52,257 nt of DNA from assembly GCA_964452415.1 (NCBI GenBank), contig CAYVME010000003.1, positions 178 through 52,434 on the forward strand. The letters are read 5' to 3'. Every line of letters starts with the position of its first letter. Positions within the stretch are counted from its first letter, which is position 1. A model generated the notes under the pieces. It was not told where the DNA came from. It saw nothing but the letters and a program-made list of their open reading frames with translations, and made no database searches. Of this stretch, positions 35,379 through 44,764 are shown piece by piece. The translations under genes were made by a program, and so were the position numbers. The stretch is from an uncultured Bdellovibrionales bacterium (GTDB lineage Bacteria; Patescibacteriota; Minisyncoccia; Moranbacterales; GWC2-37-73).

Positions 35379-35987
35379 TTAATCTATTACTGGCAAGCCT
35401 CCCAAATCTTCTTTTGCAATTGATTTATACAATGGATTTTTTTTGAGAGCCGGTTTTCCTTCATGCTCAACCACATAGTATGCAAAGCCTCGCATTTTTT
35501 TCACCAACTCATAGTCAGCATGACCTGGAAAACTTGATGGATCGCGATCTTCAAAATCAACTGGGCTGTCATCAGCAGTTGAAAAATATGTCTGCCCAAC
35601 ATTTGCCACGAGATGCCCATAGCCAACAGGCATGAAAACTTCCTCCCCAGCCTTGACCTGAACCGCTTTAAAATCAGCAACTTGGTCAGCAATCATGTTT
35701 CCATTTTCATCTTCAACCAATTTCTGCAAAAGCGCTATGCCCTGACCATACAAAATCCAATATGTTTCGCTCAATTCTCCAACATGATAATGACCATAAG
35801 TCTTAATATATTCACCTGAAATTGTTCCAGGCTCCCAAACTGTAATATTTTTTTGATCCGAGCCACCCCGAATCATGTAATAATGCACTGCTGGACCTTC
35901 TCCGTTTGGATCCATCAAAACATCTGACATTTTTTCATGGGTTCGAGCTGCGTAATGTTTGCCCACATTTTTGAAATCGATTTCCAT
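35379..35987 (-). CDS. Cupin-type (archaeal-type) glucose-6-phosphate isomerase
   Basis: YYMIRG, EYIKTYGHYH...E.Y, P.GYGH cupin metal motifs; adjacent to manC. Confidence 0.8.
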   Translation of the reverse strand: MEIDFKNVGKHYAARTHEKMSDVLMDPNGEGPAVHYYMIRGGSDQKNITVWEPGTISGEYIKTYGHYHVGELSETYWILYGQGIALLQKLVEDENGNMIADQVADFKAVQVKAGEEVFMPVGYGHLVANVGQTYFSTADDSPVDFEDRDPSSFPGHADYELVKKMRGFAYYVVEHEGKPALKKNPLYKSIAKEDLGGLPVID

Positions 35988-36128
35988 AATCTTTATTTTT
36001 AAGATTTATCTCGTTTCTTCATTATAAATCGATATTTAAACCAGGGCAAGCTTAATCACAAAACAAAACCACCCCAAGAAAGAGGTGGCTTTGTATTTAT
36101 CTTCTATACCCTGACTGTAAACTAATTG

Positions 36129-37262
36129 CTAGTTTCCACATGCTGCTGCTGATGCTCCTCCTGCAAGAGCTTCATCAGTGAATCCTGCCGCTGGAGATGT
36201 TGCAGACAATTTAGACTCACATTCTTTCGGCGCAGTTTCAAAACCTGAGCAAATTGCTTTCAAAACGCTAGCACTGTCGCGACCAGAAGCAACTTTGGTT
36301 CCATTGATCACAAGAGTTGGAGAACCTTGAACTCCAAATTTGGCATTTTCTTCTTTATCGATATCAAAAACTTTTTCAGTCACAGTAAATTGCTCCTTTG
36401 TTGTTTTCACGCAAGATGCAACTTGAGTGGCATTTATTCCAACTGTTTTCATGCAAGCAGTTGCTGCTGCGCCAGTTGCTGCTGTCTTGCTATCCTTCCA
36501 GAAACATTGCAAATATTTGCTCAATTTTGTTGGTGCAACTTTTTGCACGCAATATTGATTTGCATTTTCATCAGCTTCTTTCTGTCCATGCAAATTATAG
36601 CTGACGAATTTCAAATTGAATTTGATTTTGCTTCCCAAGGCTTCAACTGCTGGCAAAATTCCTCTTTCCATTTGAAGACCATACGGACAATAACTCATCA
36701 CAAACAAGTCAACCACTGGAACTTCCGCCTTCACTTCAGCTTCAGTTTTTTCTGGTTCTTGTGCTTGTTTAGCAGCATCATCAGAAGGCTTATTCAAATC
36801 AATGACTGTTTGAGCTTGCATCAATTTGCTTCCATCTTTTGTCACAAAAATAGGAATTTCATTTGCGTCAACTTTGACATCAATTTTGTACACACTTCCT
36901 TCAGCCACAACCTCTCCAATTTCAACTTTTGAAGTTGCAGGCACATTTTCCCCCAAGAATTTTTCCACTTTAGCTTTAACAGCTTCACTACCAATATCAA
37001 CTTTTTCTCTGTACATTTTATATCCAAAAAATCCAATAGTCAAAATCAACAAAATGACAACCACAGAAATAACAAGTTTTTTATGCTCGCATTTGCACTC
37101 TCCATTTCTGCAACTTTTGATTTTATCCTTCAAACATCCCAATCCTTTTTTGCATTTAGCTACGATTGGATTTTCCTTGCCCTCTTTTTTTTGAGAAACC
37201 TCGACAACATCAATCTCATTCAAATCAATTTCTTTTTCTTCTTTTTTTTCCATGTTTTCCAT
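36129..37262 (-). CDS. Membrane-anchored thioredoxin-fold (DsbA/GILT-like) protein
   Basis: TM helix, FVMSYCPYG, LHGQKEADEN, GVQGSPTLVING. Confidence 0.75.
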   Translation of the reverse strand: MENMEKKEEKEIDLNEIDVVEVSQKKEGKENPIVAKCKKGLGCLKDKIKSCRNGECKCEHKKLVISVVVILLILTIGFFGYKMYREKVDIGSEAVKAKVEKFLGENVPATSKVEIGEVVAEGSVYKIDVKVDANEIPIFVTKDGSKLMQAQTVIDLNKPSDDAAKQAQEPEKTEAEVKAEVPVVDLFVMSYCPYGLQMERGILPAVEALGSKIKFNLKFVSYNLHGQKEADENANQYCVQKVAPTKLSKYLQCFWKDSKTAATGAAATACMKTVGINATQVASCVKTTKEQFTVTEKVFDIDKEENAKFGVQGSPTLVINGTKVASGRDSASVLKAICSGFETAPKECESKLSATSPAAGFTDEALAGGASAAACGN

Positions 37263-37403
37263 AGAGTATTTTATGTTAATTGCTTAATTAACTAGTCTAA
37301 CCAAAACGCTTTTTGCGCTTGTCCCCCATTTTACAAGGTTTTGAAAAAATGCACAAGAGAAGTCAAGTCACACGCTTCCGCTTAAAGAAATATTAAACAA
37401 ATT

Positions 37404-37436
37404 AAAAAAGCGTATTGAAATTCCAATACGCTTTTT
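37404..37436. terminator. Intrinsic terminator
   Basis: aaaaagcgtattg-aaattc-caatacgcttttt. Confidence 0.75.
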
Positions 37437-37755
37437 AATTTCTTTTTGGATGCCTTTTCTTTTCATCAGGGTTGAGACAGAACCATCTCTTTATCGTGCA
37501 AAATCCGTAATACGAATATCCAGTGCACCACTCAGGATAATTCCAGTTTAAGTTTGACTCTATTTTCTCGTCAACCACAATAAATCTAACAACATAGCAA
37601 CCCGAATCTTTCTGCAAGCTGGAAATTCTTACTCTTTTAATTTTCCCACCAAAACACCAATGAATAAGTTCATTATTCAAAAGAAATGGTGAGATTTCCA
37701 CAAAACATTCTCTTTCTTCTAGAATCTTTTCGTATTCTTCCCTTGTCATGGTCAT
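37435..37755 (-). CDS. Hypothetical protein (106 aa)
   Basis: SD AAGGAGGA upstream, directly after the uvrB stop, ends at a terminator. Confidence 0.6.
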   Translation of the reverse strand: MTMTREEYEKILEERECFVEISPFLLNNELIHWCFGGKIKRVRISSLQKDSGCYVVRFIVVDEKIESNLNWNYPEWCTGYSYYGFCTIKRWFCLNPDEKKRHPKRN

Positions 37756-37776
37756 GCTATCCTCCTTTTTAAAGAG

Positions 37777-39735
37777 CTATTTTATCTGCAATTTCCGAAG
37801 TTGCGAGATTTCATCTCGAATCAAGGCTGCTTTTTCAAACTGAAGTCCGCGAGCGGCATCTTTCATTTCTTTTTCTTTTTGCTTGATATATCCAGCAATA
37901 TCCTCAAGAGATTCCAGTTTTGAAAAATCAATTGAAACCTCCGGATTGATTTCATGATCAATGATTGATTTTATATTCTTTTTGATTGTGGTTGGGGTGA
38001 TGCCATGTTTTTTGTTGTATGCGCTTTGAATTTCACGTCTGCGATTCGTTTCATCAATTGCCCTTTTCATTGAACCAGTAATATTGTCAGCATACAAAAT
38101 AACACGACCACTGACATTTCGCGCTGCGCGACCAATTGTTTGAATCAGTGAGGTTTCGCTTCGAAGAAATCCTTCTTTGTCCGCATCCAAAATTGTCACC
38201 AAGGAAACTTCCGGCAAGTCCAAACCTTCCCGAAGAAGATTGACTCCAACCAAAACGTCAAAATCTCCACGCCTAAGTCCTTCCAGAATTCGTACGCGAT
38301 CCAAAGTGTCCACAGATGAATGAAGATATTCACACTTTATCCCATGTTCTTTCAGAAACTCCGACAAATCCTCAGCCATTTTCTTGGTGAGTGTAGTTAT
38401 CAACACTCTCTCATTTTTTGCCACCACTTTTTCAATTTCACTGAGCACGTCTTTCACCTGTCCTTTGGCAGACTTAATGACCAACTCAGGATCAAGCAGA
38501 CCAGTTGGCCTGATTATTTGCTCAGCAATTGCAAGAGAATTTTCTTTTTCATATTTTGAAGGCGTGGCCGTTGTAAAAATAAGCTGATTTATTCTCTCTT
38601 CGAATTCTGCAAACTTGAGCGGCCGGTTGTCAAAAGCGCTCGGCAAACGAAATCCGTTTTCAATCAAAGATTCTTTGCGCGATCGGTCGCCTGCATACAT
38701 CGCATTGAGCTGTGGAATTGTCACATGAGACTCATCAATCACCATCAAGAAATCTTTTGGGAAATAATCAATAAGAGTATAAGGTGATTCTCCAATATTG
38801 CGATCAGTGAAATAGCGGGAATAATTTTCAATTCCATTGCAATATCCAACCTCGCGCATCATTTCCAAATCCTGCTTGGTTCTTCTTTCAATTCTTTCTG
38901 CTTCCAAAAGTTTTCCCGCATCGCGAAAATGCTTCACTCTAAGCTTGGCATCATTTTCAATTTCTTCTAGCGCTTCTTGCATCACGGGTTCTGGCACGAC
39001 GAAATGTTTAGCTGGATAGATCAAAGTTTTTTCCAGATCCCCAAGTTTTTCACCGGTGAGCAAGTCGTATTCATGAATTCGTGAAATTTTTCCTCTTTCG
39101 ATTTCAATGCGCGTCACAATTTCTCGTCCCGGCGTGATCACTTCAATCGTGTCGCCAGTGACTCGAAATTTCCCGCGCTCCAAAACATCGCTTCGCGAAT
39201 ATTGCATGTCCACCATTTTGGTTATAATTTTCTCGCGAGAATTTTCTTTGCCAACTTCAACTTCAATGGTTCCCTGTTTGTAATATTCAGGTGAGCCCAA
39301 ACCATAGATGCAAGAAACACTGGCCACAATGATCACATCACGACGCGAAAGCAGTCCGCTGGTTGCAGCATGGCGAAGACGATCAATCTCTTCATTGATC
39401 TGAACTTCCTTTTCAATATATGTGTCCGATGATGCAATATATGCTTCCGGTTGATAATAGTCATAATATGAAACAAAATATTCCACTGCATTTTTGGGAA
39501 AGAAAGTGCGAAATTCCTGCACGAGCTGAGCTGCCAAAGTTTTGTTCGGCGCAATCACCAAAGTTGGTCTTTGCACTGCTTCAATAACATTGGCGATCGT
39601 GAAAGTTTTTCCAGATCCAGTCACACCCATCAAAGTTTGGAATTTTTTGCGATTTTCCAGGCCATGAACAAGAAGCTCAATTGCTTGAGGTTGGTCACCG
39701 GCAGGCTCGAATTTTGAGTCAATTTCAAATTTCAT
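37777..39735 (-). CDS. uvrB: Excinuclease ABC subunit B
   Basis: [46 protein letters not shown]-terminal UVR domain. Confidence 0.97.
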   Translation of the reverse strand: MKFEIDSKFEPAGDQPQAIELLVHGLENRKKFQTLMGVTGSGKTFTIANVIEAVQRPTLVIAPNKTLAAQLVQEFRTFFPKNAVEYFVSYYDYYQPEAYIASSDTYIEKEVQINEEIDRLRHAATSGLLSRRDVIIVASVSCIYGLGSPEYYKQGTIEVEVGKENSREKIITKMVDMQYSRSDVLERGKFRVTGDTIEVITPGREIVTRIEIERGKISRIHEYDLLTGEKLGDLEKTLIYPAKHFVVPEPVMQEALEEIENDAKLRVKHFRDAGKLLEAERIERRTKQDLEMMREVGYCNGIENYSRYFTDRNIGESPYTLIDYFPKDFLMVIDESHVTIPQLNAMYAGDRSRKESLIENGFRLPSAFDNRPLKFAEFEERINQLIFTTATPSKYEKENSLAIAEQIIRPTGLLDPELVIKSAKGQVKDVLSEIEKVVAKNERVLITTLTKKMAEDLSEFLKEHGIKCEYLHSSVDTLDRVRILEGLRRGDFDVLVGVNLLREGLDLPEVSLVTILDADKEGFLRSETSLIQTIGRAARNVSGRVILYADNITGSMKRAIDETNRRREIQSAYNKKHGITPTTIKKNIKSIIDHEINPEVSIDFSKLESLEDIAGYIKQKEKEMKDAARGLQFEKAALIRDEISQLRKLQIK

Positions 39736-39786
39736 AGTACTTCATAATACAATATTATACGTAAATTGTCCATTCAAAAAAAAATA

Positions 39787-39815
39787 TTGACCACGATTTC
39801 GCTGGCGAGTATAAT
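39787..39815 (+). promoter_or_regulatory. csp promoter, divergent from the uvrB promoter (TGGACA-17-TATTAT, 39744-39772, minus)
   Basis: TTGACC-17bp-TATAAT. Confidence 0.7.
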
Positions 39816-39852
39816 ACTATTATATTAAATAATTTCAAGGGGGGGGGATTTT

Positions 39853-40068
39853 ATGCTTTCTGGCACCATAAAATGGTTCAGTCGCAAAAAAGGGTTTGGC
39901 ATTATCGAACATGATGATGGTGAAGATGTTTTCCTGCAGCATATGCATCATTCAAACATGATTGAAAACAAAACATTTCCAGAATCAATACAGAACAGAA
40001 GGGTAATCTTCGAAACAGAGCCCGGAATTAGGGGCTTACGAGCAATAAACGCTCAGTTATTACCATAG
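39853..40068 (+). CDS. Cold-shock domain protein (divergent)
   Basis: GTIKWF..KKGFGII (RNP1), DVFLQ (degenerate RNP2), G.RGLRA.N. Confidence 0.85.
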   Translation: MLSGTIKWFSRKKGFGIIEHDDGEDVFLQHMHHSNMIENKTFPESIQNRRVIFETEPGIRGLRAINAQLLP

Positions 40069-40086
40069 ACGCAACAAGCTACGACT

Positions 40087-40116
40087 AGAGGAATGCTAAA
40101 CATAGCATTCCTCTCT
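40087..40116 (+). terminator. Hairpin after csp
   Basis: agaggaatgcta-aaca-tagcattcctct. Confidence 0.65.
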
Positions 40117-40132
40117 CCATATGTAATTACTC

Positions 40133-40160
40133 TTGCCAAATCCCTAAAACCTGCTATAAT
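40133..40160 (+). promoter_or_regulatory. Promoter of rpsF leader
   Basis: TTGCCA-16bp-TATAAT with extended -10 TG. Confidence 0.7.
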
Positions 40161-40165
40161 CAATT

Positions 40166-40270
40166 AACAACTGAGAAAGTCCTGATCTAGCCCGCCGTTG
40201 AGCCAAAAACGGATAGGCTGGAATGCTCCACTAAAAGCAAGGATTTTCTTGTTTGGTGGATATTTTTTTG
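40166..40270 (+). ncRNA. Structured leader or small RNA upstream of rpsF (riboswitch/attenuator-like)
   Basis: Three-way junction P1 40174-83/40240-49, P2 40186-99/40208-22, P3 40224-27/40236-39; alternative terminator 40227-43/40246-60 followed by T run. Confidence 0.6.
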
Positions 40271-40274
40271 CAGA

Positions 40275-40390
40275 AATTTTGAATTTTGAAAATTGAATTT
40301 TGAATCAATTTCTAATTTTTTAATGCTTTAAACATTGAATAATTAAGATTTTACTCGAAATTTAAAATTGGAAATTCGAAATTAAAATTG
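40275..40390. repeat. AT-rich heptamer tract (aattttg) with a degenerate inverted counterpart
   Basis: aattttg aattttg aaaattg aattttg ... cgaaatt taaaatt ggaaatt cgaaatt. Confidence 0.55.
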
Positions 40391-40441
40391 CGAAAAACTT
40401 CCAATTTCCCATTAAGTTATAATTAATTAAACAAAATACGT

Positions 40442-40996
40442 ATGCAATACGAACTGTTTTACCTCGTTGGCGAACGCCAAGAAGCAAACCTCGCTTCAAT
40501 CAAAGAAGGTGTTAACGCAATCCTTGCATTGGAAAATGCAACCATGGTTGGAGAAGAATTGAGCGAAAAAAGAAAACTCGCTTATGAAATCAAGCACCAG
40601 AACAAAGGAACATACATCACCAGACGCTTTGAACTTCCTGAAATTGATTTTTGGGCAGATGAAACAAATGGAGAAAAAGAATTTGGAATCGCTGCAATCA
40701 ACAACAAGTTAAACCTGAACAACGATGTGCTTCGTCACATGATCGTGAAAACTGTTGATCTTCCAGACCTTGGAGCAAAAGATCGAAGAAAAGCTCAGGA
40801 ATTGGCAAACGACCCAAGACAAGGAGCAAAAAGACCAGCTCAAACTGATCGAAACAATTCTCGCGGAGCTCAACGTCCAACTCAACGACCAACTCAACGA
40901 CCAACAACTTCCCCAGCACCAGCAAAGAAAGTTGAAGCAGTCAAGGAAGAATCAAAGAACATTGATAAGCAACTTGATGAACTATTGAACATCTAA
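40442..40996 (+). CDS. rpsF: 30S ribosomal protein S6 with C-terminal extension
   Basis: MQYELFY, KRKLAYEIK...GTY, VLRHMIVK; rpsF-ssb-rpsR synteny. Confidence 0.9.
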   Translation: MQYELFYLVGERQEANLASIKEGVNAILALENATMVGEELSEKRKLAYEIKHQNKGTYITRRFELPEIDFWADETNGEKEFGIAAINNKLNLNNDVLRHMIVKTVDLPDLGAKDRRKAQELANDPRQGAKRPAQTDRNNSRGAQRPTQRPTQRPTTSPAPAKKVEAVKEESKNIDKQLDELLNI

Positions 40997-41066
40997 AGTT
41001 TCTTAATTTATTTTCACGATGATAAACTAGCGCCAAAAACGCGGCTTAGCATCAAAACAAAAAGCT

Positions 41067-41549
41067 ATGAATCTTAACAAAGTTCAACTCATCGGACGTC
41101 TTACAAGAGATCCTGAAATCCGAACAACTCCATCAGGACAAACTGTTGCAACTCTAAGTATTGCAACAAACAGAACTTGGAATGACAAGGCTGGTCAAAA
41201 ACAAGAGAAATCTGAATTTCACAACATTGTAATTTGGGGACGCCTCGCAGAAATTGCTGGACAATACCTAACCAAGGGACAAGAAGCATATTTCGAAGGC
41301 AGACTTGAAACTCGTTCTTACACAGGCAAAGACGGTGTTGAAAGAAGAACCACTGAAGTCGTGGCTGAAAACATGCAAATGGGTTCACGCGCACAAGGAT
41401 CTTCTGGCCCACGACCCGCACCAATGGGAATGGGAGCAGCGGCGGCCACAGCAACACGTCCACAACCTCAGCAAGTTGCTGAAGAAATTCCAACCATCAA
41501 CCTTGATGAGGAGCAAGATGAAGTTCGACTTGAAGATGTGCCATTCTAA
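41067..41549 (+). CDS. ssb: Single-stranded DNA-binding protein
   Basis: NKVQLIGRLTRDPEIR, EFHNIVIWGRLAE, acidic tail EDVPF. Confidence 0.97.
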   Translation: MNLNKVQLIGRLTRDPEIRTTPSGQTVATLSIATNRTWNDKAGQKQEKSEFHNIVIWGRLAEIAGQYLTKGQEAYFEGRLETRSYTGKDGVERRTTEVVAENMQMGSRAQGSSGPRPAPMGMGAAAATATRPQPQQVAEEIPTINLDEEQDEVRLEDVPF

Positions 41550-41579
41550 ACAATAAATTTCAATTAAACTATCAGTATT

Positions 41580-41786
41580 ATGGAAAGAAAACAATGTTAT
41601 TTCTGTGACAACAAAATGGACAAGATAGACTACAAGGATGCCTATCTGATTCGCCGTTTCATGAACTCACAAGGAAAAATCTACCCACCAAAAAGACACG
41701 GGATCTGCACCAAGCATCAAAGAACCCTTTCTCAGGCAATCAAACGAGCTCGAGTAATGGCACTTGCACCTTTCGTAGTTAAGTAA
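41580..41786 (+). CDS. rpsR: 30S ribosomal protein S18 (Zn-binding form)
   Basis: CYFC, IDYKD, GKI.P....G.C.KHQR.L..AIKRAR. Confidence 0.97.
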   Translation: MERKQCYFCDNKMDKIDYKDAYLIRRFMNSQGKIYPPKRHGICTKHQRTLSQAIKRARVMALAPFVVK

Positions 41787-41803
41787 AACACTTCGCATCA
41801 CAC

Positions 41804-41930
41804 ATTTGGATTTTGTGAGCCTGTTTTCTTTTGAGGCAATAGTGAGCGACAGTGAGCTCTTAGCGAGCAGTTATAGTTCCCAACTGCGAAGCGTGCCGAA
41901 AAAGAGAACAAGCGAAGCAAAAATCCAAAT
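41804..41930. repeat. Dispersed structured element, copy 2
   Basis: Homologous to 13686-13799 with compensatory stem changes; extended atttggatttt/aaaatccaaat base. Confidence 0.8.
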
Positions 41931-41960
41931 CAGCATAAGCAAAATTAAACAAAAGAAATT

Positions 41961-42518
41961 ATGTTAGGAATAAGCGACATTAAAGCTGGAAAAAATATTC
42001 TTTGGGAAGGTTCTCCATACGTCGTACTTTCTGCTGAGCATTCCAAGACTGGAAGAGCCGGCGCAGTGCTTCGAACAAAATTGAAGAACTTGCTCAATGG
42101 AAGCGTTTTGGAAAAAACTTTCAACGGATCAGACAAAGCTGACGAAGCTGACATGTCAAAATCCAAAGCTCAATACCTCTACGCCGAACAAGATGGTTTC
42201 GTGTTTATGGATATGAACACCTATGACCAATTCACTCTTGCAAAAGATGTGATCGGTGATTCATATTTGTATCTCTTGGAAGGAACTGAGGTGAGCGTGC
42301 TCAATTTCAATGAAATTCCAGTGAACATCGAACTTCCAATCAAGGTGACGCTGCTCGTGACTGAAGCTCCGCCAGGAGTCAAAGGCGACACATCTTCAGG
42401 CGGAGATAAAGTTGTGACACTGGAAACAGGACTCAAAGTTACAACCCCCCTTTTCGTCAACGAAGGTGACAAAATCATCATCAACACCGAAAAAGGAGCA
42501 TATGTTTCCCGCGCATAA
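41961..42518 (+). CDS. efp: Elongation factor P
   Basis: FMDMNTYDQ, PGVKGDT, LETGL.V..PLFVNEGD.I.INT. Confidence 0.95.
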   Translation: MLGISDIKAGKNILWEGSPYVVLSAEHSKTGRAGAVLRTKLKNLLNGSVLEKTFNGSDKADEADMSKSKAQYLYAEQDGFVFMDMNTYDQFTLAKDVIGDSYLYLLEGTEVSVLNFNEIPVNIELPIKVTLLVTEAPPGVKGDTSSGGDKVVTLETGLKVTTPLFVNEGDKIIINTEKGAYVSRA

Positions 42519-42544
42519 TATTTCATAAAAAATATTTGCAATAT

Positions 42545-42570
42545 AAAAACCATCCGCAAGGATGGTTTTT
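42545..42570. terminator. Bidirectional terminator
   Basis: aaaaccatcc-gcaa-ggatggtttt. Confidence 0.8.
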
Positions 42571-42603
42571 AATTTTGCAAAACAATTCCAATCAAATAAC
42601 ATT

Positions 42604-43308
42604 TTAACTATAAATTTTTTCACCAATCAATACTCTATAAAAATAAGCTGACATAAGACTAATGATAGATACTGAGACAATAATACCCACACCAAAACAC
42701 ATAACACCGAGAATAATTATTGGAATAGTTGCTAATTGCAGCAAAAATAATCTCCATTTAAAACCGTTGGTTATTTTTCCGCTCTCTTTCAACGCTTGCA
42801 CAATGCTCATATTCTTATCAATAATAAGATATCCAAAGAGACTAAACTTATACTGCCAAATAATTCCAGGTACTATAAGTAATATATAACCAGATAGTAC
42901 AATCAACACATACAAAATAACCCCACCGATAAATCGCCAAAAATATTCATAGCCATCAAGAAGTTCCGTTAGTTCAACCTCTTTCCCGCGAGATATCTTT
43001 AGGTAAAGCTGCATCATTCCTATACTTATGAGCACATTTAGCACAAAGAATATTGTTGCCAATATCATAGTCAATACAAAATTATCACTTGAAAAATTTC
43101 GCAATAATGACTCTACTACCCTTATTGATATGGATATTAATGGAATCAATAAAAGAAATTTAATGTTGTTTTTAAAAGTATTCCAACTTATGAAAATTAT
43201 TTCTTTTATTTTTATCTCCCTAGCAATCTCCTGGTCTTCAGAATTTGAAACTGATGAGTCAACAATTAATTGCAATTGTTCTTCCATGTTCACTTTTTCT
43301 TCTTCCAT
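42604..43308 (-). CDS. Integral membrane protein (DUF975-like)
   Basis: Multiple TM helices, LLIVPGII, ALKES.KIT.G.KWRLF. Confidence 0.75.
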   Translation of the reverse strand: MEEEKVNMEEQLQLIVDSSVSNSEDQEIAREIKIKEIIFISWNTFKNNIKFLLLIPLISISIRVVESLLRNFSSDNFVLTMILATIFFVLNVLISIGMMQLYLKISRGKEVELTELLDGYEYFWRFIGGVILYVLIVLSGYILLIVPGIIWQYKFSLFGYLIIDKNMSIVQALKESGKITNGFKWRLFLLQLATIPIIILGVMCFGVGIIVSVSIISLMSAYFYRVLIGEKIYS

Positions 43309-43343
43309 TTTTTTGTTTTAAAATATTAAATTAAATACAAAAT

Positions 43344-43368
43344 AAAAATCCCGCCGAAGCAGGATTTA
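43344..43368 (-). terminator. Terminator of the 46-aa ORF
   Basis: Minus strand atcctgc-ttcg-gcgggat followed by T run. Confidence 0.75.
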
Positions 43369-43376
43369 AATTTATA

Positions 43377-43517
43377 TTAGAAGAGTCCGATTTGTCCAAA
43401 AAGTGTGAAGACCATCAATGGAACCAAGGCGATCAAAACTGCAAGATTGAATTCTTCTGATTGAGCTTCTTGCTTTGCTCTTTTATGACAATGGACACAT
43501 TTGTGTGCTGTTTCCAT
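43377..43517 (-). CDS. Small membrane protein with CxxCH motif (46 aa, below the ORF-track cutoff)
   Basis: Manual translation METAHKCVHCHKRAKQEAQSEEFNLAVLIALVPLMVFTLFGQIGLF; own promoter upstream and terminator downstream. Confidence 0.7.
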   Translation of the reverse strand: METAHKCVHCHKRAKQEAQSEEFNLAVLIALVPLMVFTLFGQIGLF

Positions 43518-43626
43518 ATTTTTTTGTTTTTATGCTCCCCCGAGCAAATTAATTAATAAATTAATTGATTAATGGCTTATTTAAAGAAAAGAACCGTGGC
43601 GATAAATCACCCGGTTCTCATCTCTA

Positions 43627-43662
43627 TGTATACAGTATACACCCTTTTTGGGTAAAAGTCAA
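43627..43662 (-). promoter_or_regulatory. Promoter with overlapping palindromic operator-like site
   Basis: TTGACT-17bp-TATACT on minus strand; perfect 7-1-7 palindrome TGTATAC-T-GTATACA over the -10. Confidence 0.65.
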
Positions 43663-43715
43663 GCCTGGGTTTCAATGTTAAGTTCGGGAAACCTTATTTC
43701 ATTTTAAACCAGAAA

Positions 43716-44762
43716 TTACAGCACTGCAATTTTTGCTTTTTCAGCAATCTCCTTGAAAATCTTTTCGGAAACCTTTGGATTTTCTCTCAAGAAAGTTTTT
43801 GCACTTTCTCTTCCTGCTCCGAGTTTTGTTTCACCATATGAAAGTGAGTTTCCAGATTTTTTCACAACTTCAAATTTCACACCGGCGTCGAGCAAATCTC
43901 CAGCCATTGAAATTCCTTCGTTGTACATGATATCAAACTCGGCAGTTTTGAATGGTGGCGCAACTTTGTTTTTCACAATCTTCACCTTCACACGATTTCC
44001 AACCACATCTTCGCCCTTTTTGATCTGGGCAGCTCGCCTAACTTCAACGCGAACTGAAGAATAAAACTTGAGAGCTTGTCCTCCCGTTGTGGTTTCAGGA
44101 TTTCCAAACATCACGCCAATTTTCATTCGGATCTGATTGATGAAGATGACAGTTGTATTTGAGCGCGCGATAATTGCAGTTAGTTTTCGAAGAGCTTGCG
44201 ACATCAACCTGGCTTGTCTTCCAACATGCTGATCCCCCATCTCACCTTCAATTTCAGCCTTTGGCACAAGCGCAGCCACGGAGTCCACCACCACAACATC
44301 CACCACACCAGAGCGCACCAATGATTCCACAATGTCCAAAGCTTGCTCTCCATTGTCAGGCTGAGAAACTAGAAGGTTCTTGATATCCACTCCAATCTTC
44401 TTTGCATATTCAGGATCAAGCGCATGTTCAGCATCCACAAAGGCTGCTGTTCCACCTTGCTTTTGAGCATTGGCCACAACATGAAGTGTCAGCGTGGTTT
44501 TTCCTGAAGACTCTGGTCCATAAATTTCCACTATTCTTCCTCGTGGCATTCCGCCAATTCCAGTTGCAATATCCAAAGAAATTGAGCCTGTCGGAATGGC
44601 TTCGATATCAACTCTTTTCACATCACCCAATTTCATGAGCATTCCCTCACCAAATTTTTCCTGCATGTCATCCACCAATTTGTCTATTTCTTTTTTTCCA
44701 GCATTTTTCACTTCCTCCACTGCTTCTTTTGCTGGTTTTTTTTCTTTTGCTGCGTATGCCAT
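43716..44762 (-). CDS. recA: Recombinase A
   Basis: [53 protein letters not shown]. Confidence 0.98.
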   Translation of the reverse strand: MAYAAKEKKPAKEAVEEVKNAGKKEIDKLVDDMQEKFGEGMLMKLGDVKRVDIEAIPTGSISLDIATGIGGMPRGRIVEIYGPESSGKTTLTLHVVANAQKQGGTAAFVDAEHALDPEYAKKIGVDIKNLLVSQPDNGEQALDIVESLVRSGVVDVVVVDSVAALVPKAEIEGEMGDQHVGRQARLMSQALRKLTAIIARSNTTVIFINQIRMKIGVMFGNPETTTGGQALKFYSSVRVEVRRAAQIKKGEDVVGNRVKVKIVKNKVAPPFKTAEFDIMYNEGISMAGDLLDAGVKFEVVKKSGNSLSYGETKLGAGRESAKTFLRENPKVSEKIFKEIAEKAKIAVL

Positions 44763-44764
44763 AT

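Noticed and set aside
40166-40270. SRP RNA, 6S RNA or tRNA
   Set aside because: Lacks the SRP domain IV motif, the large two-sided bubble and length of 6S, and a cloverleaf or T-loop.
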